This document shows positions 1 through 10,005 of a stretch of DNA of 64,000 bases, in pieces (position 1 is the first letter of the stretch; each line of letters begins with the position of its first letter). The stretch covers positions 3,360,001 through 3,424,000 of the forward strand of contig CBDBGH010000003.1 in the NCBI GenBank assembly GCA_965205265.1. The letters run 5' to 3'. The notes below the pieces were generated by a model. The model saw nothing but the letters and a program-made list of their open reading frames with translations. It did not search any database and was not told the DNA's origin. Origin of the DNA: Alphaproteobacteria bacterium. GTDB lineage: Bacteria; Pseudomonadota; Alphaproteobacteria; Bin95. The translations under genes were made by a program, and so were the position numbers.

Positions 1-606
1 CGCGACATCCTCCGGGCGCTGCACGAAGGAGAGCGCGATCCATTCGACGCCGAGCCCGAGCGCGAAACGCAGGTCCGTGCGGTCCTTCTCGGTGAGCGGC
101 GAGATCGGCAGCAAGACGCCCGGCAGGTTGATGCCCTTGCGGTCGCTCAGCCGCCCGCCGTCCACCACCTGCGTCTCCAGCGCCGCCTCGGACTTGGACA
201 GCACCTTCAGCCGGAGCCGCCCGTCATCGAGCAGCATGTCGTCGCCCGCGCCGACGGCCGAGAAGATTTCCGGGTGCGGCACCGAGGCGCGGGCGGCCGT
301 GCCGGGCCTGTCGCTGCGGTCCAGCATGAAGCGCCGGCCCGGCTCCAGTTCGACGCTCCCGCCCTCGAAGGCGCCGACCCGGAGTTTCGGGCCCTGCATG
401 TCGGCCATGATGCCGATGGGCCGGAAGGCATGGCGCTCCAGCTCGCGCAGGATGCGGTGGCGCCTCGCATGGTCCTCGGGCTGTCCGTGGCTGAAATTGA
501 AGCGGAACACATCGACGCCGGCCTCGAACAGCGCCTCGATGGCCTCCGCGCTCGAGGTCGCCGGCCCGAGCGTTGCGACGATCTTGGCCCTCCGCTTGCC
601 GCTCAT
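1..606 (-). CDS. pyk: Pyruvate kinase, N-terminal part (runs off window start)
   Basis: Manual minus-strand translation from ATG at 606: MSGKRRAKIVATLGPATSS...VDVFRFNFSHG...DMQGPKLRVG...LSDRKGINLPG...IALSFVQRPEDV; not in the ORF track because it is truncated. Confidence 0.95.
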   Translation of the reverse strand, partial: MSGKRRAKIVATLGPATSSAEAIEALFEAGVDVFRFNFSHGQPEDHARRHRILRELERHAFRPIGIMADMQGPKLRVGAFEGGSVELEPGRRFMLDRSDRPGTAARASVPHPEIFSAVGAGDDMLLDDGRLRLKVLSKSEAALETQVVDGGRLSDRKGINLPGVLLPISPLTEKDRTDLRFALGLGVEWIALSFVQRPEDVA

Positions 607-619
607 CCCGTCCTCCCCA

Positions 620-1831
620 TTACCGCTCGATCAGGATAGCGCGGAAATCGTTGACGTTAGTAAGTGTCGGCCCTGTGACAACCAGGTCGCCCAGAGCCGA
701 GAACACGGCGTAGGCGTTGTTTTCGCGCAGACATGCCGCCGGGTCGAGGCCGAGCGCCCGCGCCCGCGCCAGGCTGTCGGGGCGGAGCAACGCGCCCGCG
801 CAATCGCCCGCGCCGTCGATCCCGTCCGTGTCGCCGGCGATGGCGTGGATGCCGGGTGCGCCGTCGAGCGCGAGCGCAAGCCCCAGCAGGAACTCCAGAT
901 TGCGCCCGCCTTTGCCCTTGCCGCGCACCGTCACGGTCGTCTCGCCGCCGGAAAGCAGCAGGCAGGGCGGCGGGAACGGGGCGGCGAAGGCGCGGGCATG
1001 GAGCGCGATGCCGGCCATGACCTTGCCCGCCTCGCGCGCTTCGCCCTCGATCCGGTCCGAGAGCAGCCAGGCGGGCGGCCCGTCCGGTGCGGCGTCGAGC
1101 AGGCATTCCCTGGGCGTGGCGACCAGGCGGAATTCGCACCGCTCCAGCCGCTTCGGCGTCTCCTCGAGGCCGGCCAGCGGCTCGATCCCGTTGGCCTCCA
1201 GCACGCGCCCGGCATCGGCGAGCGTCGTCGGGTCGGGCACGGTCGGGCCCGACGCGATGACCGCGGGATCGTCCCCCGGCACGTCGGATATGGCCAGCGT
1301 GACGGTTCGCGCCGGAAAGGCCGCAGCCGCCAGCCGCCCGCCCTTCACCGCCGACATATGCTTGCGCACCGTGTTGATCTCGTGGATCGAGGCGCCCGAG
1401 GCGAGCAACCGGCCCGTCACCGCCTGCTTGGTCTCGAAGGAGACGCCCGGCAGCGGCAATGCCAGCAGCGCCGAGCCGCCGCCGGAGGCGAGGAATACGA
1501 AAAGGTCGTCCGGCCCGAGCGCGCGCGCCGCCTCCAGAATCCGCGCCGCGGCCTCGCGCCCGGCGGCGTCCGGCATGGGGTGCCCGGCCTCGATCACCTC
1601 GATCCGCTCGCAGGGGGCGGCGTGGCCGTAGCGGGTGACGGCGATACCCTCCAGCGGGCCGGGCCATGCCGCTTCGAACGCGGCCGCCATCGACCCCGCC
1701 GCCTTGCCGGCCGCCGCCACGAAGGTGCGCCCTTCGGGCGGCGCGGGCAGATGCCGGGCGAGCGACAGCGCCGGGTCGGCGCGCGCGACCGCGCGTTCGA
1801 AGGCCCGGCGGAGGATCGATTCCGGCTGCAT
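620..1831 (-). CDS. Glycerate kinase / hydroxypyruvate reductase (MOFRL family, TtuD-like)
   Basis: GKAAGSMA, HPMPD, SGGGSAL, GGETTV, GGRNLE, DTDGIDG, TGPTLTNVND motifs; adjacent to pyk. Confidence 0.92.
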   Translation of the reverse strand: MQPESILRRAFERAVARADPALSLARHLPAPPEGRTFVAAAGKAAGSMAAAFEAAWPGPLEGIAVTRYGHAAPCERIEVIEAGHPMPDAAGREAAARILEAARALGPDDLFVFLASGGGSALLALPLPGVSFETKQAVTGRLLASGASIHEINTVRKHMSAVKGGRLAAAAFPARTVTLAISDVPGDDPAVIASGPTVPDPTTLADAGRVLEANGIEPLAGLEETPKRLERCEFRLVATPRECLLDAAPDGPPAWLLSDRIEGEAREAGKVMAGIALHARAFAAPFPPPCLLLSGGETTVTVRGKGKGGRNLEFLLGLALALDGAPGIHAIAGDTDGIDGAGDCAGALLRPDSLARARALGLDPAACLRENNAYAVFSALGDLVVTGPTLTNVNDFRAILIER

Positions 1832-1884
1832 GATCGGCTAGTTTAGCCGCGACCCCGTTTCCTGGCGATTGAGTAGCGAGACCG

Positions 1885-2175
1885 ATGACCGACAAGACAA
1901 CGACCGAGCTGGAGGCCGCCGCCTTCCGCACCCTGGTGCAGCATCTGCGCGACAACCCGGATGTCCAGAATATCGACCTGATGAACCTCGCCGGCTTCTG
2001 CCGCAACTGCCTCTCCAAATGGTACCGGGCGGCGGCCGAGGAGCGCGGCCTCGACATGGACTACGAGACGGCGCGCGAGATCGTCTATGGCATGCCCTAT
2101 GCCGACTACAAGGCGAAGCACCAGAAGGAGGCGACGCCGGAGCAGATGGCCGCCTTCCAGTCGAAGGCGCACTGA
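1885..2175 (+). CDS. DUF1244 family protein
   Basis: ELEAAAFR...VQNIDLMNLAGFCRNCLSKWY...REIVYGMPY signature. Confidence 0.9.
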   Translation: MTDKTTTELEAAAFRTLVQHLRDNPDVQNIDLMNLAGFCRNCLSKWYRAAAEERGLDMDYETAREIVYGMPYADYKAKHQKEATPEQMAAFQSKAH

Positions 2176-2178
2176 ACC

Positions 2179-2463
2179 GTGCAGGACATGGCCGACGGAG
2201 GGGCGACGGAACGCGAAACCGGCGGGGTGACCGCCGGGCAGCTGCGCGCCTTCATCGAGCGGGTCGAGCGGCTGGAAGAGGAGAAGGCCGCGCTCATGGC
2301 CGATATCCGCGAAGTCTATGCGGAGGCGAAGGCGCACGGCTTCGATGTGAAGACCATGCGCCAGATCGTGCGGCTGCGGAAGATGGACAGCGCCGACCGC
2401 GCCGAGCAGGAGGCGCTGCTGGACCTCTACAAGGGCGCACTGGGCATGGCGCCGGACGGATAG
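2179..2463 (+). CDS. gapR: DUF2312 / GapR-like nucleoid-associated protein
   Basis: QLRAFIERVERLEEEKAAL..DIREVYAEAK.HGFDVKTMRQIVRLRK signature; true start may be ATG 2188. Confidence 0.85.
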   Translation: MQDMADGGATERETGGVTAGQLRAFIERVERLEEEKAALMADIREVYAEAKAHGFDVKTMRQIVRLRKMDSADRAEQEALLDLYKGALGMAPDG

Positions 2464-2580
2464 CCGGCCCGCGCGCGCCTTCGCAATCGCGGGGCGCATT
2501 GCAGTCTCCCCGCCCGGCAGGCAGAGTCGGGTCATGCGGCCGTCGCGCGGGCGGCCGGCAGGCAAGGCAGGGAGGAGGCG

Positions 2581-3870
2581 ATGTCGAGAATAGCGATAAC
2601 CGGTGCGCAGCTGTGGGACGGCGAGACGGACGCGCCCGTCCCCGCAACCGTCGTGGTGGAGGGCAACCGCATCGCCGCGGTCGCGCCCGCGGGCGAATCT
2701 ATAGGCGATCTGCCGGAAGAACGGATCGACGGCGCCGGCATGACCTTGATGCCCGGCATGGTGGAAGGCCACTGCCACCCGAGCTTCACCGGCATCATAG
2801 CCCCGCCGGACCTTGGCCGGATCGGCCCCGAGCGGCACATGCTGCTGACGGCGCAGAACCTGCGGCTGTTGCTGGAGCACGGCTTCACCTCGATCTTCGA
2901 GGCGGCCTCCGCCAAGCCGCTGCTGGGCGTCAATGCCCGCGACGCCATCGAGGAGGGCATGCTGGCCGGGCCCCGCATGCGCGCCGGCTCGCCCGAGATC
3001 ACCACCACGGCGGGGCTCGGCGACGAGCGCCAGCGCCACCTCCACCAGGAAAGCTTCGGGCTTGTCGCCGACGGGCCGGAGGAGATGCGCAAGGTAGCGC
3101 GCGAATGCGTCCGCGACCGCGTGGACCAGCTCAAGATCAACCTCTCCGGCGACGACTTCGTGCCGTTCGCCGGGGGCGAGGTCACGCCGACCAACGATGA
3201 CGAAGTGGCGGCGCTTGTCGGGGTCGCGCGCGATTTCGGCAAGATGGTGGCCTGCCACGCCCGCTCCTCGAAAAGCGTGATGATGGCGGTCCGGCACGGC
3301 ATCGAGTGCATCTACCACTGCGATTACGCCGACGAGGAGGCGCTCGATGCACTGGAGAGCGTCAAGGACACGGCCTTTGTCGGCCCGGCTTTCGGCCTCG
3401 TCCACAACTCCACCCGGGAGGGCGAAAAATACGGGCTGGACCGTGAGACCGTGGAGTCCCTCGGCCTCTTCCGGATGTTCGACCTGACCTGCGAGACCTA
3501 TCACGAGCTCCGCAGGCGCGGCGTCCGGGTGGTGGTCGGCGGCGATTACGGCTTCGCCATGACGCCGATGGGCCAGAACGCGCGCGATATCGAGCATTTC
3601 GTGCGCTGGTTCGGCTATTCGCCGGCTGACGCGCTGCGCTGCGCCACGGTCGTGGGCGCGGAGCTGATGGGCAAGGCGGGCGAGCTCGGCAAGGTGAAGG
3701 AAGGCTACCTCGCCGACCTGCTGCTGGTGCGCGGCGACCCGGTGGAGGACGTCTCGCTGGTGCAGGACCGGGACAATCTCGCGATGATCATGAAGGACGG
3801 CGTCATTTACAAGGACCCGCGCCTCGGCACGGCGCCCATGGACGACCACCTGGTCCAGGCCGCCGAATAG
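2581..3870 (+). CDS. Metal-dependent amidohydrolase (prolidase-like)
   Basis: PGMVEGHCH (HxH), ACHAR, GGDYG, GYLADLLLVRGDP; GGAGG RBS. Confidence 0.88.
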   Translation: MSRIAITGAQLWDGETDAPVPATVVVEGNRIAAVAPAGESIGDLPEERIDGAGMTLMPGMVEGHCHPSFTGIIAPPDLGRIGPERHMLLTAQNLRLLLEHGFTSIFEAASAKPLLGVNARDAIEEGMLAGPRMRAGSPEITTTAGLGDERQRHLHQESFGLVADGPEEMRKVARECVRDRVDQLKINLSGDDFVPFAGGEVTPTNDDEVAALVGVARDFGKMVACHARSSKSVMMAVRHGIECIYHCDYADEEALDALESVKDTAFVGPAFGLVHNSTREGEKYGLDRETVESLGLFRMFDLTCETYHELRRRGVRVVVGGDYGFAMTPMGQNARDIEHFVRWFGYSPADALRCATVVGAELMGKAGELGKVKEGYLADLLLVRGDPVEDVSLVQDRDNLAMIMKDGVIYKDPRLGTAPMDDHLVQAAE

Positions 3871-3882
3871 GAGGAACCGCTC

Positions 3883-4755
3883 ATGACCGCGATTATCCCG
3901 CTCGACGCCGCATTCGGCGCGGAAATCCGGGGCGTCGATCTGGGCGCGGGGGCCGATGAGGCGCTCATGCGCCGGCTTACGGGCGCGCTCTACGACCACC
4001 GCGTCATCGTCATCCGCGACCAGACGCTCGACGAGGAGAGCTATCTCGGCTTCGGCCGGCAATGGGGCGAGCCGATCCCCCATGTGCTCGACCATATGCG
4101 CATGGCCGGCTATCCGGAGCTCATGACCGTCGGCAATACCGAGAAGCGCGACGAGGACCCGAAGATCCGCAACGGCGCCGCGCTCTGGCACACCGACCAG
4201 TCCTACGAAAAGGTCCCGGCGAGCGCGACGATGCTCTACTCGATCGCCGCGCCGGAGGAAGGCGGCGAGACGCAGTTCTGCGACATGGCTGCGGCTTACG
4301 ACAATCTGGACGAGGCCATGAAGCGGCGCACCGACGGCCTCCGCGTCGCGCACAAATACGGGCGCGGCAAGCGGCGCAAGGACGAGCCGCCGGCGAACCC
4401 GATCGTCAACGAGGATCAGGACAGCCGCGTGCCGCCGGTCTGGCACCCGCTGGTCATGCCCCACCCGGTCACGGGCCGCAAGGCGCTCTACGCGCTCGGC
4501 CACGGCGCCTATGCCATAGAAGGCATGGCCGACGCCGAGGCGGAGGCGCTGCTGGACGAGCTCAAGGACCACGCGCTGGAGGAGCGGCATATCTACCGCC
4601 ACAAATACGCCGAGGGCGACCTTGTGGTGTGGGATACGCTGCAGACCATGCATGCTGCAACGCCCATCGGCGTCGCGACGGGCAAGTGGAATTCGCGCCT
4701 CCTCTGGCGCATCAGCGTGCGCGGCCGCCCGGCGGTCCACGCGCAGGCGGCCTGA
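3883..4755 (+). CDS. TauD/TfdA family Fe(II)/2-oxoglutarate dioxygenase
   Basis: WHTDQSY, GGETQFCDM, HPVTGRKALY, GDLVVWD...TMH. Confidence 0.92.
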   Translation: MTAIIPLDAAFGAEIRGVDLGAGADEALMRRLTGALYDHRVIVIRDQTLDEESYLGFGRQWGEPIPHVLDHMRMAGYPELMTVGNTEKRDEDPKIRNGAALWHTDQSYEKVPASATMLYSIAAPEEGGETQFCDMAAAYDNLDEAMKRRTDGLRVAHKYGRGKRRKDEPPANPIVNEDQDSRVPPVWHPLVMPHPVTGRKALYALGHGAYAIEGMADAEAEALLDELKDHALEERHIYRHKYAEGDLVVWDTLQTMHAATPIGVATGKWNSRLLWRISVRGRPAVHAQAA

Positions 4756-4761
4756 CCGACC

Positions 4762-5181
4762 GTGGCGGAACTCCCCCTCGAAGGCGGCTGCCTCTGTGGC
4801 GCGCTGCGCTACCGGATCGGTGCGGCGCCGCTCTGGACCGGCTACTGCCACTGCACGACCTGCCGGCGCAGCACCGGCGCGCCGGTCACCATGTTCGTCG
4901 GCGCGGCCACGGAGTCGGTCGCCTTCACCAGGGGCGAGCGGGCCGTGTTCGCCTCTTCGCCCGGCGTCGAGCGCGGCTTCTGCGCCGCCTGCGGCACTCC
5001 GCTCACCTACGAGTCGGACCGTTTCCCCGGCGAGACCCATTTCTACATCAGCACCTTCGACGACCCCGAGGCCCTGCCGCCAACCTTCCACGTCTTCTGC
5101 GAGGAGCGGATAGGCTGGCTCGAAATCGCCGACAACCTGCCCCGGCACGCCACGGTGACGGGACGGGCGGACGGGGGGTAG
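4762..5181 (+). CDS. GFA family (CENP-V-like) Zn-binding protein
   Basis: GGCLCGALRY, CHCTTCRR, FCAACGTPL. Confidence 0.92.
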   Translation: MAELPLEGGCLCGALRYRIGAAPLWTGYCHCTTCRRSTGAPVTMFVGAATESVAFTRGERAVFASSPGVERGFCAACGTPLTYESDRFPGETHFYISTFDDPEALPPTFHVFCEERIGWLEIADNLPRHATVTGRADGG

Positions 5182-5217
5182 CCGGCGCGGCGGGGAAGGG
5201 GCCCACTCCACCGGAAC

Positions 5218-5286
5218 GTCATGATGTGTCATGTTTTGTCATGCGGCGTGGCGAGCCTTCCCTGCGATGCGTCATGAAATGTCATG
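5218..5286. repeat. Five GTCATG motifs in two 10-bp-phased clusters
   Basis: GTCATG at 5218, 5228, 5238, 5271, 5281. Confidence 0.7.
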
Positions 5287-5707
5287 ACCAGAATGCGCCT
5301 GACGCATAAGCGATGGTCGTTTCCGGCATGGGCATCTCCTTCCTGCTCCCGTTTCGTTCTATCCACCCCGCCGCCGGCTGCCTGTGGCGGGACCCTTTTC
5401 CGCGCGTAATCGCGTGCGCGCCTGCGCGGGCGGGCGGGCGCGTTTTGCGCCGGCGCGGTTCGCGCGCCTGATTGCGCCCGCGCGCGCAAGCCCAGGCGCA
5501 GGGCGCACGTCTCCCCTTGGTTTCACGGGAGTTTTTTTCGCGCCGGCGCCGACGCAATAGGCGAGACGGCCTCCGGATGCCGCCCCGACCCGCCTTATAT
5601 GGCAGCAGATATTCCGATATCAAGTTCTTTTAGGAACTATAGCAAACATTTAGTGAACAATGCACTTCTTTACGATCCTGCTACCTGCGCGGCCCCCGAA
5701 TTCCCGG

Positions 5708-6007
5708 TCAGGCGGAAACCGGCGCGGCGAACCTCTTCACGGTCTCGTCAATCGATGGTCCCGCTTCCCGGGTTACCAACTCCAACTCGTAGTGGGATTG
5801 CAGATTGAGCCAGAACGCGGCCGAGACCCCGAATGCGCGTTCGAGCCGAAGCGCGGTGTCGGCGGTGATGCCGCAGCGTCCGCGCAGGATGCCCGCGATC
5901 CGATTCCGGGAGACGCCCAGCGCTTCGGCCAGCCGGGCGACGCTCAATCCGTGCGGCTCCATGAAGTCTTCGCGAAGCGTCACCCCGGGGTGAATGGGTC
6001 CGATCAT
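5708..6007 (-). CDS. higA: HigA family antitoxin
   Basis: PIHPGVTLREDF...ITADTALRL...FWLNLQSHYEL; overlaps higB stop. Confidence 0.92.
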   Translation of the reverse strand: MIGPIHPGVTLREDFMEPHGLSVARLAEALGVSRNRIAGILRGRCGITADTALRLERAFGVSAAFWLNLQSHYELELVTREAGPSIDETVKRFAAPVSA

Positions 6008-6285
6008 CGATGGTAATCCGTCAGTTCCACATTGGCTGGTCCGTCATCCCAGTCGAACACAATACGGTATTGCACGTTGACGGCAACGGCCCATTGGCCG
6101 GCGCGGTCTCCTCTCAGCCTGTGCAGTCTCGCGCCGGGGTTCTTCCGCAAGTCGTCCAGCATCGTGGCTGCGTTCAACACGTTGAGTCTTCGTTTTGCCT
6201 GGGCCTGTATGTTCGCGAAACGACGAACGCGCCGATCAAGCCACACGGCCTCGGTGTCCCTGTCGGCGAACGACCTTATCGTCAT
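6004..6285 (-). CDS. higB: HigB (RelE/ParE superfamily) toxin
   Basis: MTIRSFADRDTE...LHRLRGDRAGQWAVAVNVQYRIVF...DYH; toxin-first order. Confidence 0.9.
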   Translation of the reverse strand: MTIRSFADRDTEAVWLDRRVRRFANIQAQAKRRLNVLNAATMLDDLRKNPGARLHRLRGDRAGQWAVAVNVQYRIVFDWDDGPANVELTDYHR

Positions 6286-6411
6286 GGTCGTTGTGTTGTG
6301 CACTGCGAGTGTCGGTCAAGACAAACAAGCGATCCGGGAAGCATCATGTCTGGCGCGGAGCCCCGATTTCCCTTGAATGATCGATGCCTCGGCTCGAAAC
6401 CGCAGTCACCC

Positions 6412-7533
6412 TCACCCCAGCAGCTCCCGCCGCGCCAGATTCCCCATCAGGGCGCGGGCGCCGAAGGTCCAGCGGGGGGCGTTTTCGCAGGTGGTGACGC
6501 GGTTTGTGAGCGCGCCGAGGCGGGGGCTTGAGACCGTGACGAGGTCGCCTTCCTTGTGGGTGAAGCCCTGGCCGGGGGCGTCGCGGTCCTGAACGGGCGC
6601 GAACAGCGTGCCGGTGAAGAGCGCGAGCCCGTCGGGGTAGTCATGCGCGGCGCCGATGGTCTGCGCCGCGAGGTCCTCGATGTCGCGGCTGATCTCCGCC
6701 ATCGAGCTGCTGCCCTCCAGCGCGAAGCCGTCCTCCCCCGTCACATGCAGCGCAATCTCGGCGGCGCGCATGTCGTCCAGACCGAAATCATCGTCGACGA
6801 GGCGGATGAAGGGGCCGAGCGCGGCCGAGGCGTTGTTGTCCTTCGCCTTTCCCAGCAGCAGGGCGCTGCGGCCCTCAATGTCGCGCAGGTTCACGTCGTT
6901 GCCGAGCGTCGCGCCCACGATCCGGCCCGAGGGCGCGATGACCAGCACGAGCTCCGGCTCCGGATTGTTCCAGACCGAGTCGGAGCGGATGCCGATCGCC
7001 ATGCCCGGCCCGACCGCCGACATGGGCTGCGCCTTGGTGAACACCTCGGCGTCCGGCCCGATGCCGACCTCCAGATAGGCCGACCAGAGCCCGCGCGCCA
7101 CCAGCGCCTGCTTGAGCCGCGCGGCCTCCGCGGAGCCGGGCCGGATCGCCGCCAGGTCCGCGCCGATTTCCTTCGCGAGCATGTTGCGGACGCCCTCGGC
7201 GGCCGCCGGATCGCCGCGCGCCTGCTCCTCGATCACCCGCTCCAGCATGCTGGCGGCGAAGGTGACGCCGCAGGCCTTGACCGCCTGCAGATCGACCGGG
7301 GCCAGCAGCGAGTCCCGCGCCTCGAGCGGCCCCAGCTCCTCTCCCGAAGCTGCGCGGAGCGCCGCCGCCGGGTCGTCGGCCGTGAGCAGGTCCGCGATGG
7401 TCGGGAAGGCGCCCGTCACATCGACCAGGCGGCCTTCGCGCAGCGCCACGACGGACGGGCCTCCGGCATCGTCTCGCCAGACCCGCCCGGCGAGCGCGGC
7501 GCGGTCTGCGTCTTCAGGCGGGCGGATGCTCAT
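6412..7533 (-). CDS. Fumarylacetoacetate hydrolase family protein
   Basis: VKACGVTF, EVFTKA, WNNPEPEL, GNDVNLRDIEGRSALLLGKAKD, TGT. Confidence 0.9.
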   Translation of the reverse strand: MSIRPPEDADRAALAGRVWRDDAGGPSVVALREGRLVDVTGAFPTIADLLTADDPAAALRAASGEELGPLEARDSLLAPVDLQAVKACGVTFAASMLERVIEEQARGDPAAAEGVRNMLAKEIGADLAAIRPGSAEAARLKQALVARGLWSAYLEVGIGPDAEVFTKAQPMSAVGPGMAIGIRSDSVWNNPEPELVLVIAPSGRIVGATLGNDVNLRDIEGRSALLLGKAKDNNASAALGPFIRLVDDDFGLDDMRAAEIALHVTGEDGFALEGSSSMAEISRDIEDLAAQTIGAAHDYPDGLALFTGTLFAPVQDRDAPGQGFTHKEGDLVTVSSPRLGALTNRVTTCENAPRWTFGARALMGNLARRELLG

Positions 7534-7665
7534 TCCGGGCTCCTCCGGCGGCGTGTGCGGCCATCATAGCGCGCGGATGGGACTGGAACAGCGCGACGCC
7601 CTACCCTCCGGCACCGGCTACGGCTAGACTGCCAGCGGTCGCAGATTGTCGGGGAGGCATGCGCC

Positions 7666-8239
7666 ATGCCGTTCGAAGCCGTTCCGCTCTCCGGGTCCTT
7701 CGGCGCCGAGGTCCGGGGCGTCGATCTCGGCGCCCTCGACGATGCCGGCTTTGCCGAGGCGCATGCTGCGCTGCTCGAATACGGGGTGGTCGCCTTCCGG
7801 GACCAGAAGCTCGATCCGGATGCCTATCTCGCCTTCGCCAGACGCTGGGGCGGCATCCACCTGCATCCCCATCTGAAGGGCCTCGACGACCGGCCGGAGA
7901 TCATCGAGATCGTGCGCGAGGCGGACGACCCGACCGGCTTCGCCGACCACTGGCACACGGACCAGAGCTTCACACCGACACCCGCCATGGCGACCCTGCT
8001 CTACGCCAGGGAGGTGCCGGCGGCCGGCGGCGACACGCTGTTCGCCAATCTCTACGCCTCCTATGACGCGCTCTCGGACGGCATGAAGGCGGCGGCGGCG
8101 AAGCTCACCACCCACAATCTCTACAACAAGCACGCGCCGCGCTCGGCAAAGATGCAGAGGCGCGTGACCGAACAGGACAAGCCCGCGGAGCCGGCATACC
8201 ACCCGCTGGTGCGCGTCCACCCCGAGACCGGGCGCCCGG
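7666..8239 (+). pseudogene. TauD family dioxygenase, 5' part, interrupted by IS21 element
   Basis: WHTDQSF, GGDTLFAN, HPLVRVHPETGRP, then the IS end; frame resumes after 12330. Confidence 0.92.
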
Positions 8240-8333
8240 TGTTAGCGACGGTTAGGAAGGGCGTTTATTTGCTGGCGCGGAACGGCCGGTTTGTGCGGCT
8301 TGCGAGCAGCGTCGCATGGGTTAGGTGTTGCGT

Positions 8334-9227
8334 TCATCTGATTGGGCGGTCATCGGTTTCGAGCGGCTCGCCGTCGCGGTCACGGATGAGCATGTCGTTC
8401 CAGTCCTGGTTTTCGAGGGCCGGTCGCATTCGGACGATTCTTGTGTCGTTGTCTTGCATGCGGCGGGCGGCGTGATCGCCGTATCGTGTAGCGTCCCAGG
8501 CACAGAAGATACGGCGCGGGTTCCAGGCCTCGACCCATTTGGGGATTCTGGCCGTGATGGCGCCGGTGGAGACGACGGCGCATTTGCTGCGTTTTTCCGG
8601 GACGAGGTGGAGGGAGAGGATCGACAGGGCGTCGAGGGCGCTGCCGGTGAGGATGACGGTGCCGGGCCAGTCGGGCTCCCATGACATCCAGAAGCCGCCG
8701 TCTGCGGCCGGCTCCTGCGCTGCGGGGAGGGTCTCTATGCCGACCACCTTGCTGGCGGCGTTTCGGCGGAGGAACACGGGATTGCCGCGCCGGTCGGCAC
8801 GGATCAGGCCGAGGCCTCGGCATAGCTCGACGAGCGCGTCGGCGAGGCCGCGCTGCTCGATGAGGTATTGCCGCAGCGCCGGCCAGCGAGGGTCCTGGCA
8901 CGAGGGCTCCGCCTCACAGCGACTGTTCGGGAGCCGTGAGTGGCGCGGCAGTTGGGCGAGGAAGTCGAGGGCTTCGGTCGTTGGGCATCCGAGCGCATGA
9001 ACCGCCAGCTGGATGGCCCCGGCGCCTCCCTCTCCGCGCAGATGGTCGTAGAACATGAAGCGGTTGATGGAGAGGACCGAACCGGCTCGTCTCCAGCGCG
9101 CGGCATCGGCGGGATCGCGGCGATAGCCGAGGGCGTGGACCACGTCTTCGAGGGGGCAGCTTCGCAGCCCCTCGGCCCGCAGGCGGCGATCCCATGGATG
9201 CAGATGCTGCACGGCTGGCTCAGGCAT
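8334..9227 (-). CDS. DUF3991/Toprim-like passenger protein, degenerate acidic motifs
   Basis: ATG 9227 overlaps the istB end; [51 protein letters not shown]. Confidence 0.7.
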   Translation of the reverse strand: MPEPAVQHLHPWDRRLRAEGLRSCPLEDVVHALGYRRDPADAARWRRAGSVLSINRFMFYDHLRGEGGAGAIQLAVHALGCPTTEALDFLAQLPRHSRLPNSRCEAEPSCQDPRWPALRQYLIEQRGLADALVELCRGLGLIRADRRGNPVFLRRNAASKVVGIETLPAAQEPAADGGFWMSWEPDWPGTVILTGSALDALSILSLHLVPEKRSKCAVVSTGAITARIPKWVEAWNPRRIFCAWDATRYGDHAARRMQDNDTRIVRMRPALENQDWNDMLIRDRDGEPLETDDRPIR

Positions 9228-10005
9228 CCCCCGTGTCTTGCGCCGTGCTCTTGCCCGCTCCTTTTGCCGATCGCCGCCGGCGGCGATCGGCGCTGCGCTG
9301 CTTCTGGCGTTCCTCGGCCTCCTTGCGGCGGTATGAGTCGCCGTCGATGGCGAGGATCTCGGCATTGTGGACGAGCCGGTCGACAAGGGCCACGAGGCAG
9401 GCGGCGTTGGGGAAGGCCTCGCTCCACTCGGCGAAGGGGCGGTTTGTGGTGATGATGGTGGAGCGCTGCTGGCTGCGGCTTGAGACGATATTGAACAGCA
9501 GGTCGGCATGACGGTTGGAGTAGGAGAGATATCCGACTTCGTCGATGACCAGGAGGTGCTGGCGGGCGTAGAAGCGCAGCCTGCGCTGGAGCATTGTGTC
9601 GGAGTCGATGGCGGCGAGCTCGCCGAGCAGGCTGGCGGCGGTTGCGAAGCGCACGGTGTGGCCTTCGAGGACGGCGCGGTGTGCGATATTGGCGGCGATT
9701 GTGGACTTGCCGACGCCGTTGGGGCCGATGAGGACGACATTGGCGCCCTCGCGGAGGAAGTTGAGGGTCATGAGGTCCTCGACGGCCATGCGGTCGCATC
9801 GCCTTGGCCAGTCCCAGTCGAAGTCGGCGAGCGGCTTGAACTGTCCGAGGCGGGCGGCGGTGAGGCGTCGCCTGAGGCTTCGGCTTCGCCTCTCTTCCTC
9901 TTCCCATGCGATCAGGGGCGGGAGCCAGTCGCGCTCCGCAACCTCGCTCCAGTGGGCGAGGAGGCCGTGCAGTCCGAGCGCCGTGGCGCGGTCCTTGAGG
10001 GTCAT
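9220..10005 (-). CDS. istB: IS21 AAA+ helper ATPase IstB
   Basis: [14 protein letters not shown] (Walker A), LLVIDEVGY (Walker B), [21 protein letters not shown]. Confidence 0.95.
   Translation of the reverse strand: MTLKDRATALGLHGLLAHWSEVAERDWLPPLIAWEEEERRSRSLRRRLTAARLGQFKPLADFDWDWPRRCDRMAVEDLMTLNFLREGANVVLIGPNGVGKSTIAANIAHRAVLEGHTVRFATAASLLGELAAIDSDTMLQRRLRFYARQHLLVIDEVGYLSYSNRHADLLFNIVSSRSQQRSTIITTNRPFAEWSEAFPNAACLVALVDRLVHNAEILAIDGDSYRRKEAEERQKQRSADRRRRRSAKGAGKSTAQDTGDA

Noticed and set aside
77-5232. Very long ORFs 77-1846(+) and 1843-5232(-), and similar ones elsewhere such as 15838-18348, 21885-23762 and 56276-59059
   Set aside because: Shadow frames of real genes in high-GC DNA; no recognisable motifs.
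8240-8475. Apparent novel C-terminus of the 7666-8475 TauD ORF
   Set aside because: Read-through into the IS21 end; the true 3' part is at 12326-12614.
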